Shown piece by piece: positions 1-11,169 of a stretch of DNA of 64,000 bases. The stretch lies in NCBI RefSeq assembly GCF_006345805.1, contig NC_043019.1, positions 4,649,360 to 4,713,359 on the forward strand. The letters are read 5' to 3'. Origin of the DNA: Octopus sinensis. Its lineage: Eukaryota. A model generated the notes under the pieces. That model made no database searches. It was not told the DNA's origin and saw only the letters and a program-made list of their open reading frames with translations. Position 1 is the stretch's first letter. Each line of letters begins with the position of its first letter. A program made the translations under genes and the position numbers.

Positions 1-670
1 GGAACCATGTGGTTGGTAAACAAGCTACTTCCCACACAGCTATTCCTGCACCTTATTATTATGGCTGTCCCCTTGTTATCAAGTATGGCCATTGCACGAA
101 ACTTAACTATTACTGGTGTTGTGATCGAATGTGACTTTTTAGCCCAGCTAAAGATCTACAATGTCTTGTACAAAATTGGCAGCTAAAACCTTTACTGGTA
201 ATAGCCGGCTGTAGTTGTAACTGGGCCTCATGTACCTTTGCATGTCATTTTAGTCCTCCTGCCGAATTACACTCTCTTCCACATGCCCGACAGATATGAT
301 TAGTATGGTGTGTTACACCACCACCAGTGGCCAGGTTGCACCTACCTACCTACATACATGCTATTGTATTGAGTCTTTGTATCAATAAATATTTGGTGTT
401 TGTCACTTAATAACTGTAATAAAAAACAAAAAGCACAATTATTGTTTCTATAGCAACAGTTTGTTTTTAACCACACTGTACTTATCATATTAAGAATGTT
501 AAATATACAGGCTGCTGCTGCCCGTCCTGTCTAAGATCATTCAGCCTGAGACCACACCTGTGTCCAGTTCTTCCCAAACAGAGTTCTCTATTAAATTCCT
601 TACACGAAGAAAATAAAATTTTAAAAATCACAATAACAATAAGCGTAAAAACGGAGAAAGAAAGAAAGCG

Positions 671-1096
671 TGAGCGAACCCGACTGACCAAAAATGATTG
701 AACACGACTAACCAAAAATGAGTGAACATGACTGACCAAAAATGATTGAACACAACTGACCAAAAATGAGTGAACACGACTGACCAAAAATGAGTGAACA
801 CGACTGACCAAAAATGAGCGAACCCGACTGACCAAAAATGAGTGAATATGACTGACCAAAAATGAGCGAACACGACTGACCAAAAATGAGTGAACACAAC
901 TGACCAAAAATGATTGAACACGACTGACCAAAAATGAGTGAACACAACTGACCAAAAATGAGTGAACACGACTGACCAAAAATGATTGAACACGACTGAC
1001 CAAAAATGAGTGAACACGACTGACCAAAAATGAGTGAACACGACTGACCAAAAATGAGTGAACACGACTGACCAAAAATGAGTGAACATGACTGAC
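671..1096 (-). repeat. 24-bp minisatellite (~18 units) starting at the exon 4 donor
   Basis: Minus-strand unit GGTCAGTCGTGTTCACTCATTTTT; gives the SVVFTHFW repeat ORF. Confidence 0.95.
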
Positions 1097-1224
1097 CTGA
1101 AGCCGAAAATGATTTCATCATGGCGAAGATGGACATCGTCATCAATGCTAAGTATAGCTTCAGTTTCAATTACATCAAATGGTAGGAAACGGTTGTTTAA
1201 AGTGTTGCGCTCTGTTTTAATCAC
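1097..1224 (-). CDS. EXTL3: EXTL3 coding exon 4, GT64 domain with DXD motif
   Basis: Acceptor cttttacag|, [42 protein letters not shown](R), donor AG|GTCAGT; 128 nt, same size as I recall for the equivalent vertebrate exon. Confidence 0.96.
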
Positions 1225-3061
1225 CTGTAAAAGAACATATATTCAACATCATCATCATCATCGTTTAACCCTTTAGTGTTTGCATTATTCTGCCAAAATT
1301 AATCCTTTTTTATCCACATTCATCATCATCATTATCGTTTAACGTCCGTTCTCCATGCTAGCACGGGTTGGACGGTTCGACTGGGGTCTGGGAAGCCAGG
1401 GGCTGCACCAGGCTCCAGTCTGATCTGGCAGAGTTTCTACAGCTGGATGCCCTTCCTAACGCCAACCACTCCGCGAGTGTAGTGGGTGCTTTTTACGTGC
1501 ACCCACTACACTCGCGGAGTGGTTGGCACCTTGAACTAATCAGACATTAATCTTGGTGCTATGAGATTTTGATGAGGTAGCTGTTAATTTTCAAAACGAT
1601 ATTGTAGGGCTGGTGTAAGAGACCAGATCTGGCCAGTTTGAACATAAAACAGGCAGAATACTTTTGGCCAGATATGGCCGGTTTAAATGCTAAAGGTTCA
1701 CTTTTCATGCTGGCATGGGTTGGATGGTTCGGCTGGGGTCTGGGAAGCCAGGAGGCTGCACCAGGCTCTAATCTGATCTGGCAGGGTTTCTACAGTTGGA
1801 TGCCCTTCATAATGCCAACCACTCCAAGAGTGTAGTGGGTGCTTTTTACATGTCACCAGCATGGGAACCAGTCGGGGGCACTGGCTTCGACCACGTTTGG
1901 ATAGTACTTTTTACGTGCCACTGGCACGGGAGCCAATCAGGGGGCACTGGCATCGACTACATTTAGATGGTACTTTTTGTGTGCCACTGGCATGGGAGCC
2001 ACTCAAGGGGCACTGGCTTCGACCACGTTTGGATGGTACTTTTTGTGTGCCACCAGCATGGGGGCCAATCAGGAGGCACTGACATCGACCACATTTGGAA
2101 GGTACTTTTTGTGTGCCACTGGCACAGGAACCACTCAGGGGGCACTGGCACTGACCATATTTTGATGGTGCATTTTACGCATCACTGGCATGGGAGCCAA
2201 TCAGGGGGTACTGGCTTCGACCATGTTCAGATGGTGCGTTTTACATGCCACTGGCACGGGAGCCATTCAGGGGACACTGGCATTGACCACTTTCAGATGG
2301 TGACCCATCTGAGTTGATTGACATTTTTGGTAATTTACCCTCCCACAGTTTCATGTATGTTTTAACTTACTGAAGTGTTCAAATGAATTTGTTTCATTAA
2401 ATATATTTTATATTTCTTATTCATCCTTCATGTTTAGATTTGGAACAATAGATGACCTTGGTTCGTCAACATATCTAGATCCAGGAAGTTGTTTGTTTTA
2501 AACTAAACTCTCTCTCCACATTGATCCAAATGGAACAAGTTGAGGACTCAATTTGCTCAAGTGTAAGCACAATTATTGTTGTTGTTGTTGTTAAGCAACA
2601 AGACGGCTAAGGGTGATTAGGTGATGGTCTAGGGCTTAGGGGCGGGAGACCCCATACCTTGGAAAAAAAAAACTTTGGTCGTCTTGTTGTAGTCGAGGGC
2701 TCTTCGTTGACGCCCGTCACCACTGGGAGGTGGCCCCTTGAAGTCGCTGGAAATGAAGATCTCCAGGTCCAAATTCTTGGATGGCTGGCCACAATTATGA
2801 TTTCACTTGGCTTCAGGGGTCTTCTTCTCAAGCCTGGCATATTGCCGAGGGTCTCAGTCATTCATCATTCCCTACCACTAAAATACCATTGCGGTTCCCT
2901 AATTCACCATTCTGCTAGTGTGGACCCCAGAGTTCATATGGGGTTGGGTTGAGAACCATTGTTTTAAAATGAGACAAAAAAAACCCAAAAAAAAAGGAAA
3001 CCTGAAATTAACAGAGCAACTAAAGTCAAGCATTGTTGTTGGCAATAAACATGTTACTTAC

Positions 3062-3216
3062 ACTGATAGGGACATTAATATCTGGCCACCGAAGATCAGC
3101 AGGTGGTGGTTTGGGGCTGTTCCAAACAACCACTACTCTATTTAGATGAGGTACTCCTTTCAGACGCTGCAAAGCACTGATCAGCACAGTTTCACGCTCA
3201 TAGGTTAACATCACCA
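3062..3216 (-). CDS. EXTL3: EXTL3 coding exon 3, start of GT64 domain
   Basis: Acceptor ttgttctttcag|, (V)[51 protein letters not shown], donor |GTAAGT; 155 nt. Confidence 0.96.
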
Positions 3217-4423
3217 CTGAAAGAACAAAAAAAAAAAAAAATTATAAAAAAAAATTAAAAATAAATAAATAAATAACAAGAAGAGGTGTAGGAGTGGCTG
3301 TGTGGTAAGTAGCTTGCTTACCAACCACATGGTTCCGGGTTCAGTTCCACTGTGTGGAACCTTGGGCAAGTGTCTTCTGCTATAGCCTCGGGCCGACCAA
3401 AGCCTTGTGAGTGGATTTGGAAGACGGAAACTGAAAGAAGCCCGTTGTATATATGTATGTATGGGTGGGTGTGTATATGATTGTGTGTCTGTGTTTGTCC
3501 CCCCCAACATCGCTTGACAACCGATGGTGGTGTGTTTATGTCCCCGTAAATTAGCGGTTCGGCAAAAGAGACGGATAGAATAAGTACTAGGCTTACAAAG
3601 AATAAGTCCTGGGGTCGATTTTCTCGACTAAAGGCGGTGCTGCAGCATGGCCACAGTCAAATGACTGAAACAAGTAAAAGAGTAAGAGGCTTTCACTTGA
3701 TAGGCAAAGTGTATGGATTAAGCAAATTCAGATTGTCAGCATCACTTAGCAACCACTACACTCATGGAGTGGTTGGTGTTAGGAAGGGCATCCAGCTGTA
3801 GAAACTCTGCCAGATCAGATTGGAGTCTGGTTCAGCAGAGCTCAGTCAAACCATCCAACCCATGCTAGCATGGAAAGCAGATGTTAAACGATGATGATGT
3901 TTGATGTAGATGAGATTTGTTTTTACAGAAGATTGGAAATGAATGGTAGCATTTGTATGGTGGTGACATTTATTTACAACTACCACGTAATTTCAAAACG
4001 AGGAGATGCCAACCCCCCACCACACACACAACGGTCTTCTTTCAGCTTCTGTCGACTAGACGCACTCACAAAGCTTTGGTCAGCTTGGTGCTGTGGTGCT
4101 TTGCAATGGGATTGAACCAAGCTTCTTAACCACACAACCATACCTATATATATGTATACAGACACACACACACACATATTTATTTAGAAAGCCACAACTA
4201 TTTCAATTGAAAATAAAGGAAGGAAGACAAAAGGTTCATATTTTTAGCTCTGATCTACAAAGATATGCGGACATGGTTAGGAGAGGGCATTTACAATGTG
4301 CACAGATTAGTAGTGCTAAATGCTGTACAATTATACATACATATATATATATATATTTATTGATAAAAATGGTAAGACAACAAAAGAATGAAAGAGACCT
4401 CGATATTATGTAATAGAGGAATT

Positions 4424-4608
4424 TATCTGTAAATGTAATATGTGACAATTATTCGGTAGACATGATAAAACTCTGAGTTGGAAACCCACACCGCCATCTC
4501 TTCAGTTATCCAGATAACCGAAGAGATGGCGGCGTGGGTTTCCACCTCGGCATCCGAAACTCAGAGTTTTATCTTGGCTACCGAATAATTGTCACATATT
4601 ACATTTAC

Positions 4609-4613
<5 letters not shown>
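4424..4613. repeat. 190-bp near-perfect palindrome carrying a hammerhead-like motif
   Basis: Arms pair from tatctgtaaatg... to ...catttacagata around a very short central loop; the left arm lacks about 14 nt present in the right arm. Confidence 0.92.
4513..4573 (+). ncRNA. Hammerhead-like motif in the right arm of the 190-bp palindrome
   Basis: gauaa CCGAAGA GAUG...CAUC c GAA ACUC-A-GAGU U uuauc. Confidence 0.5.
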
Positions 4614-4646
<33 letters not shown>

Positions 4647-5384
4647 TTTTTTTTACTAAAGCTAGCCTTCATAATCCTCCAGTTTTCAATATTCTATTTT
4701 TTGGCTTTGATAGTGACTGCGAAGTACTGCTTATGACATCTCTATACACGATACAGAAGAAGCATTTGTCTGGATGTATTCGGCAACACATATTTAGTTT
4801 GTGAATGATGCTGCCAATATAGAATCCATTATATTTATTATAGGATACAAGCACACTCCACAAACCCAGAGAGCATATGTTCATATCATTGATAGTAAAG
4901 GTGTATGGCTTAGTGGTTAGCATATTTGGCTTATGATCGTAAGGTTGTGAGTTCAATTTCTGGCAGCACATTGTGTCCCTGAGAAAAACACTTTATTTCA
5001 TGTTGTTCCAGTGCACTCAGCTGGCAAAAATGAGTAGTGTCTGTATTTCAAAGGGTCAGCCTTGTCACATTCCGTATGACACTCAATCTCCATGGGAACT
5101 ACGTTAAGGGTACACGTGTCTGTGGAGCGCTCAGCCACTTGCATGTTAATTTCACAAGGTGGCTGCTTCCACTGACTGGATGAAATAGAACCCTTTTCAT
5201 CGTAACCAATGAAGTGCCAGTTAGGGGCACATAAAATTACACTTACAAGACATTGGTCAGTGTCAGCCCTAGACTATAGCTGAAGACGCTTACCCATGAT
5301 GCCAATTAAACCTGGAATGGTCCATGTGGTAACGTCCAAGGAACAAAGAAAAGCCGTTGATGAGATTGTTTAGAACAAGTTTGG

Positions 5385-5455
5385 AAATTTGCAGAATGAC
5401 CGAATAAGACTCACCTGTAAATTTGCAGAATGACCAAATAAGACTCACCTGTAAA
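5385..5455 (-). repeat. 34-bp tandem duplication containing the exon 2 donor
   Basis: aatttacagGTGAGTcttatt(t/c)ggtcattctgca occurs twice. Confidence 0.95.
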
Positions 5456-5550
5456 TTGCTCCCGAGGAACATTTCCACCGAGCCCTTCGCTAAATTCTTT
5501 ACCGGCCCCTCCAGCTCCCTTGTTGATTGGTCGAAATCCGTAACCTGAGC
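5449..5550 (-). CDS. EXTL3: EXTL3 coding exon 2 (102 nt, phase 1-1), not shown in the ORF track in this frame
   Basis: Acceptor ctcattacag|, translation (G)[33 protein letters not shown](V) matching EXTL3, donor CAG|GTGAGT. Confidence 0.96.
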
Positions 5551-5662
5551 CTGTAATGAGAATATTTCATAACAATTAAGAGACAGGGTCATTGAAACAT
5601 TACTTAATAGGATGGCTGGTTGGCTGGGTGGAGGGTCAAAGGAAATAAGGGATTACGAACCC

Positions 5663-6242
5663 TTAACCCTTTCGTTACCATATTTATTTTGAGATGCTCT
5701 GTGTTTCTTTCTGTTAATTTTAAATATAACAAAGAATTTAGTAAAATAACTTAGTTATGATTCGGCCAGTGTTAGGAACATAAATTGTGACTAAGGTTTG
5801 GTGAAGGATTTTAATTTAGAACTTGTGAAAACAAGACATTTTGTATTACAGAGCCAGAGCTGGTTTCAGCCAGGTTGGTATCAAAAGGGTTAAATATAAC
5901 AAAGAATTTAGTAAAATAACTTAGTTATCATTAAGCTAGTGTTAGGATCATAAATTGTGACTAAGTGGAAGATTTTAATTCAAAACTTGTGAAAACAAGA
6001 CATTTGTACTACAGAGCCAGAGCTGGTTTCAGCCGGTTTGGTATCAAAAGGGTTAAATATAACAAAGAATTTAGTAAAATAACTTTGTTATCATTCAGCT
6101 TTGTTATCATTCAGCAATTTAGGATCATAAATTGTGACTAAGGTTTGGTGGAAGATTTTAATTCAAAACGTGTGAAGAAAACAAGACATTTGTACTACAG
6201 AGCCAGAGCTGGTTTCAGCCGGGTTGGTATCAAAAGGGTTAA
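5663..6242. mobile_element. Second piggyBac-type MITE with its right part triplicated
   Basis: TTAA-CCCTTT left end; three AAAGGG-TTAA right ends (5893, 6056, 6242); single-unit copy at 55525-55731. Confidence 0.85.
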
Positions 6243-6640
6243 TAAGTGTTTGTATAAGAGAGAAAGAGAGAGAGTCAGACATAGAGGCAACTTGACACTT
6301 CATGGTTCAGTGGTTATAGCATTCGGCTCACAATCATGAGGTAGCGAGTTCAATTCCTGGACCAGGCCATGTGTTGTGTTCTTGAGCAAGACACTTTATA
6401 TCATGTTACTCCAGTTCGCTTAGTTGTAGAAATGAGTTGTAATATCACTGGTGCCAAGCTGTGTTGGCATTTTCCTTTCCCTTGGATACCATCAGTGGTG
6501 TGGAGGGAAAGCTGGTATCCATGGGCGACTGCTGGTCTTCCATAAACAACCTTACCCCCAAACTTGTGCCTCAGAAGGGAACTATCTAGCAGCAAGCCCA
6601 TGGTGATTCACAACTGAAGGGGGCTCTTTACTGTTTACCC

Positions 6641-6672
<32 letters not shown>

Positions 6673-6746
6673 ACATTCAGGGTGAATACTTGATAACTGT
6701 AAGCACCTGTATATGCCAGTTAGTGGTATAGGTGGTAGGGTAATTA

Positions 6747-7200
6747 TTATCAAAAGAAAAACAGGATGCAAAGGATTTAGCGGTACATATGTTTCTGCCT
6801 TATTAGACAGTTTATATCAATGCATAATTGATGTAACATGTAGGTCAATAGCCTTCCTCAGCCACGACACAACTTACCACACCAAGGGACATGTATCTAC
6901 ATTATAAGTTTGGGAAAAAGGCGAGTTTGTTGGGGATGCAAATCCTCATAGTCGTATACAGGCAGAGCGGACACAAACAAAAAAAACAAGACTATGAGGA
7001 TTTGCATCCCCAACGAAACTCGCCTTTTTCCCAAACTTATAATGTAATACATGTCTTTGGTGTGTGGTTTAATTGTGCGCGGCGAGGGAGGCTATTGACA
7101 TACATGTTACATTCAATTATGCATTGATATAAACTGTCTAATAAAGGCCAGAAACATATGTACCGCCTAAATCCTTTGCATCCTGTTTTTCTTTTGATAA
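6747..7200. repeat. Inverted repeat, ~205-bp arms and 36-nt spacer
   Basis: 6747-6953 is the reverse complement of 6990-7200 with scattered mismatches. Confidence 0.92.
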
Positions 7201-7345
7201 ATATAGATATATATATATATATATATATATATACTACAAAATTAGAAAATGGAGAAACATACTTAAATCACCTATCTAGCAGTATATTGGATATATGTTA
7301 TCCCATGGGGTTGAATTTTCAACCCCTATCTCATTTTATAACTAT

Positions 7346-7379
<34 letters not shown>

Positions 7380-7874
7380 ATATATATATATTTTAAAAAC
7401 ATAACAAAAAAGGAAAAATTTTACAAAAACATAAACAGAAAATAGGCACAGGAGTGGCTGTGTGGTAAGTAGCTTGCTTACCAACCACATGGCTTCGGGT
7501 TCAGTCCCACTGCGTGGTATCTTAGGGCAAGTGTCTTCTACTAAAGCCTTGTGAGTGGATTTGGTAGATGGAAACTGAAAGAAGCCTGTCGTATATGTAT
7601 ATATATGTGTGTGTGTGTGTGTGTATGTTTGTGTGTCTGTGCTTGTCCCCCCCACCACCACATAGCTTGACAACCGATGCTGGTGTGTTTATATCCCCTG
7701 TGACTTAGCAGTTCAGCAAATGTGACCGATAGAATAAGTACTAGGCTTACAAAAGAATATAATGGGATTTTTTTAAGCATTGAATGTTTATTAGGATCCA
7801 GTACAGTGAAATAGGAATCAAAAGGATCCATAGAATAGCCCAAAAAATTGTTGAAAACCACTGTATTAGAGGGA

Positions 7875-7942
<68 letters not shown>

Positions 7943-8327
7943 ACTAAAACTATGCACACAAACATGCATTCACAAATGCACATACAAGTGCAAGCTCAAT
8001 GCAATGCAAAACAACACTTCAAGTTGAGTTTGGATAAAAGATGAAACAGGCTCCATCATGTTTCTGTGGGTTAGGGTGTTTGTTTGAAGAATACTCGTTT
8101 CAGTCACCATGCCAACCATTTGCACTGCCGGAATCTTAGACTTGATCAGGTTTTAGTAAAGCAGTAAAGCTAATTACACCCACACACTTAGACCACATGA
8201 TACAGTCAGGTCATAGAGACACAGGCATTCGACCCGCTAGAAATAACAGCCAAATCTCCTTTAACTCAAACCCCATCTTAGTAAAAAGAAAAAAAAAATA
8301 AAGGAATAAAGAAAAGAAAAAAAAACA

Positions 8328-8750
8328 CGGAGTGGCTGTGTGGTAAGTAGCTTGCTTACCAACCACATGGTTCCAGGTTCAGTCCCACTGCGTGGCACCT
8401 TGGGCAAATGTCTTCTACTATAGCCTCAGGCCAACCAAAGCTTTGTGAGTGGATTTGGTAGACGGAAACTGAAAGAAGCCTGTCGTATATATGTATATAT
8501 ATATATATATATAAGTGTGTGTGTATAAGTATGTGTGTCTGAGTTTGTCCCCCTAGCATTGCCTGACAACCGATGCTGGTGTGTTTACGTCCCCGTCACT
8601 TAGTGGTTCGGCAAAAGAGACTGATAGAATAAGTACTGGGCTTACAAAAGAATAAGTCCCGGGGTTGATTTGCTCGACTAAAGGCGGTGCTCCAGCATGG
8701 CCGCAGTCAAATGACTGAAACAAGTAAAAGAGTAAAGAGTAAAAGAGTAC
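8328..8750 (+). mobile_element. tRNA-derived SINE family A (representative; about 30 full or partial copies in both orientations)
   Basis: Head ggagtggctgtgtggtaag...ggttcagtccc (A/B boxes), central (TA)n/(TG)n tract, tail ggcggtgctccagcatggccgcagtcaaatgactgaaacaa(gtaaaaga)n. Confidence 0.9.
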
Positions 8751-9914
8751 ATACACACTGCACAATGTGGTCTTGAGTTTCCCAAGCTCATAGGCAAAAA
8801 AAAAATAGGATGGTCATGGCTGAAATGTCTTTGATTGTAGTTTTACTTGATTAGGGCTGATCTGAGGCTTAGCAACAACACCCACCACCAATCCCTATCA
8901 CATTTTACTCATGGGCAATAAGTGCTCCCCACCTCCCAACCACCCACCACCATAACTGCTTATAGATCTTGTTACCCTAATTCTAATTGATCTGTTATTA
9001 TTACAAAACATTCCAGAAATACTTTTGGCGACCCATTTACCATAAATGGTCCGTGTCTAATAGATTTGACATGTATAATGCACATCGTGGTTTTTGGGGC
9101 CTGTATGGTCTTAAAATCCCTAGAAAACCAGGTATAATATGCAGTGATGCATAACTGCAGTAGGAGTAAATATCATCATCATCATCGTGGTTTAACGTCT
9201 GCTTTCCATGCTGGCATGGGTTGGACAGTTTGACTGGGGTCTGGGAAGCCAGGAGGCTGTGCCAGGCTCCAGTCTGATCTGGCAGTGTTTCTACAGCTGG
9301 ATGCCCTTCCTAACGCCAACCACTCCGCGAGTGTAGTGGGTGCTTTTTATGTGCCAGTGGCACAGGAGCCAGAGGAGGCTGGAAAATGGCCACGATCGGT
9401 TGGTGCTTTTTATGTGTCACCGACACGGAAGCCAGTCAGGCAGCGCTTGGCATCAGCCACGTTATGATGGTGCTTTTTACGTGCCAGTGGCACAGGGGCC
9501 AGACGAGGCTGGCAAACGGCCACGATCGGATTGGTGCTTTTTATGTGTCACCGACACGGAAGCCAGTCAGGCAGCGCTTGGCATCAGCCACGTTCGGATG
9601 GTGCTTTTTACATGCCACCGGCACTGGGGCCAGAGGAGGTTGGCAAAAGGCCACGATTGGTTGGTGCTTTTTATGTGTCACCGACACAGAAGCCAGTCAG
9701 GCAGCGCTTGGCATCAGCCACGTTCGGATGGTGCTTTTTACGCGCCACCGACACAGGTGTCTTAACTAAATCAACACCTTTTATCTTTTACTTGTTTCAA
9801 TCATTAGATTGTGGCCATGCTGGGGCAGCACGCTGAAGAATTTTTTTTTCAGTCGAATGAATTGACCTCAGAGCTTATATTTTGTAAAGCCTGGTACTTA
9901 TTTTATATACTCAT

Positions 9915-10160
9915 TCTCTCATTTATTTGTTTCAGTCATTTTTGACTGCGGCCATGCTGGAGCACCACCTTTAGTCGAGCAAATCGACCCCGGGACTTAT
10001 TCTTTTTTGTAAGCCCAGTACTTATTCTATCGGTCTCTTTTGCCGAACCGCTAAGTGACGGGGATGTAAACACACCAGCATCGGTTGTCAAGCAATGCTA
10101 GGGGGACAAATACAGACACGCAAACATGCACACACACACACATATATATGTATATATATA

Positions 10161-10219
<59 letters not shown>

Positions 10220-10385
10220 TACGACGGGCTTCTTTCAGTTTCCGTCTACCAAATCCACTCACAAGGCATTGGTCGGCCTGAGGCTATAGTAGAAGACACT
10301 TGCCCAAGATGCCACGCAGTGGGACTGAACCTGGAACCATGTGGTTGGTTAGCAAGCTACTTACCACACAGCCACTCCTGCGCCT
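9915..10385 (-). mobile_element. SINE family A copy, opposite orientation to 8328-8750
   Basis: Reverse complement of the family A consensus. Confidence 0.9.
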
Positions 10386-10940
10386 ATAAGAGATATGTTT
10401 TTAATATTTAAAATAAACTCAACTATATTAAGATCTAAAATAAATAATAATAACCCTTTATTACTTTCTTGTTTTTACAGGCTTAGCTATCATTCAGCTA
10501 GTGTTAGGAACATAAATTGTGACTAAGGTTTGGTGGAAGATCTTAATTCAAAACTTATGAAAACAAGACATTTGTACTACAGAGCCAGAGGCTCTAATCC
10601 CAGGGCGTTGGGAGATAAAACTTAAAAGTGCACAGCTCTCAAAAAGAAAATATTGACTGTAAACTACTTGACAGAAATTCCCTCAAAATTAAGAATATTT
10701 CCTGGTATTGGTAATCTGTGAATTTCATAAGAATGAAGCATCACCATTATCTTACTACGATCAGCTGATTGAGAACCACACCCTCTTTATAAAAGACTTT
10801 CCATCTGAAATCTTCAACTGACTTGAAGACAGCCTTCTGATACATTCGTTTAACCCATTACCGTTCAGATATTACTCCATCAAATGTAATGCCTGGGTTT
10901 TGAGGCCCAAACTGTCTTAATATCCCCAGAAAAACCATGT

Positions 10941-11169
10941 TTAACCCTTTAGTGTTTAAACTGGCCAAATCTGGCCCAATATATTCTACATGTCTTATAT
11001 TCAAACTGGCGATGTCTAGCCTCTCACACCTAACTTACAATGCCATTCTAAAAATAAGTAATCACATCATTGAAACCTCAAAGCTGTAAGATGATCCAGG
11101 ATTAATTCAAAACAATTTGAGTGAAAAAGTATTACATTTAACAGAGTAATCTGAACACTAAAGGGTTAA
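10941..11169. mobile_element. piggyBac-type MITE
   Basis: TTAA-CCCTTTAGTGTT ... AACACTAAAGGG-TTAA perfect termini; a reversed copy at 1264-1700 is interrupted by an RTE 3' end. Confidence 0.88.

Noticed and set aside
480-625. Location for the next EXTL3 exon (VWRE...)
   Set aside because: No frame matches the expected VWRExxDRIVGFPGR sequence; the exon must lie outside the window.
2690-2790. Possible CR1 ORF2 scrap (DLEIFISSDFK...HLPVVTGVNE) on minus
   Set aside because: Short and frameshifted; too weak to call without a profile search.
6985-7030. gactatgagg...cgaaactcg as a hammerhead
   Set aside because: Both palindrome arms lack G5 and stem II does not abut GAAA.
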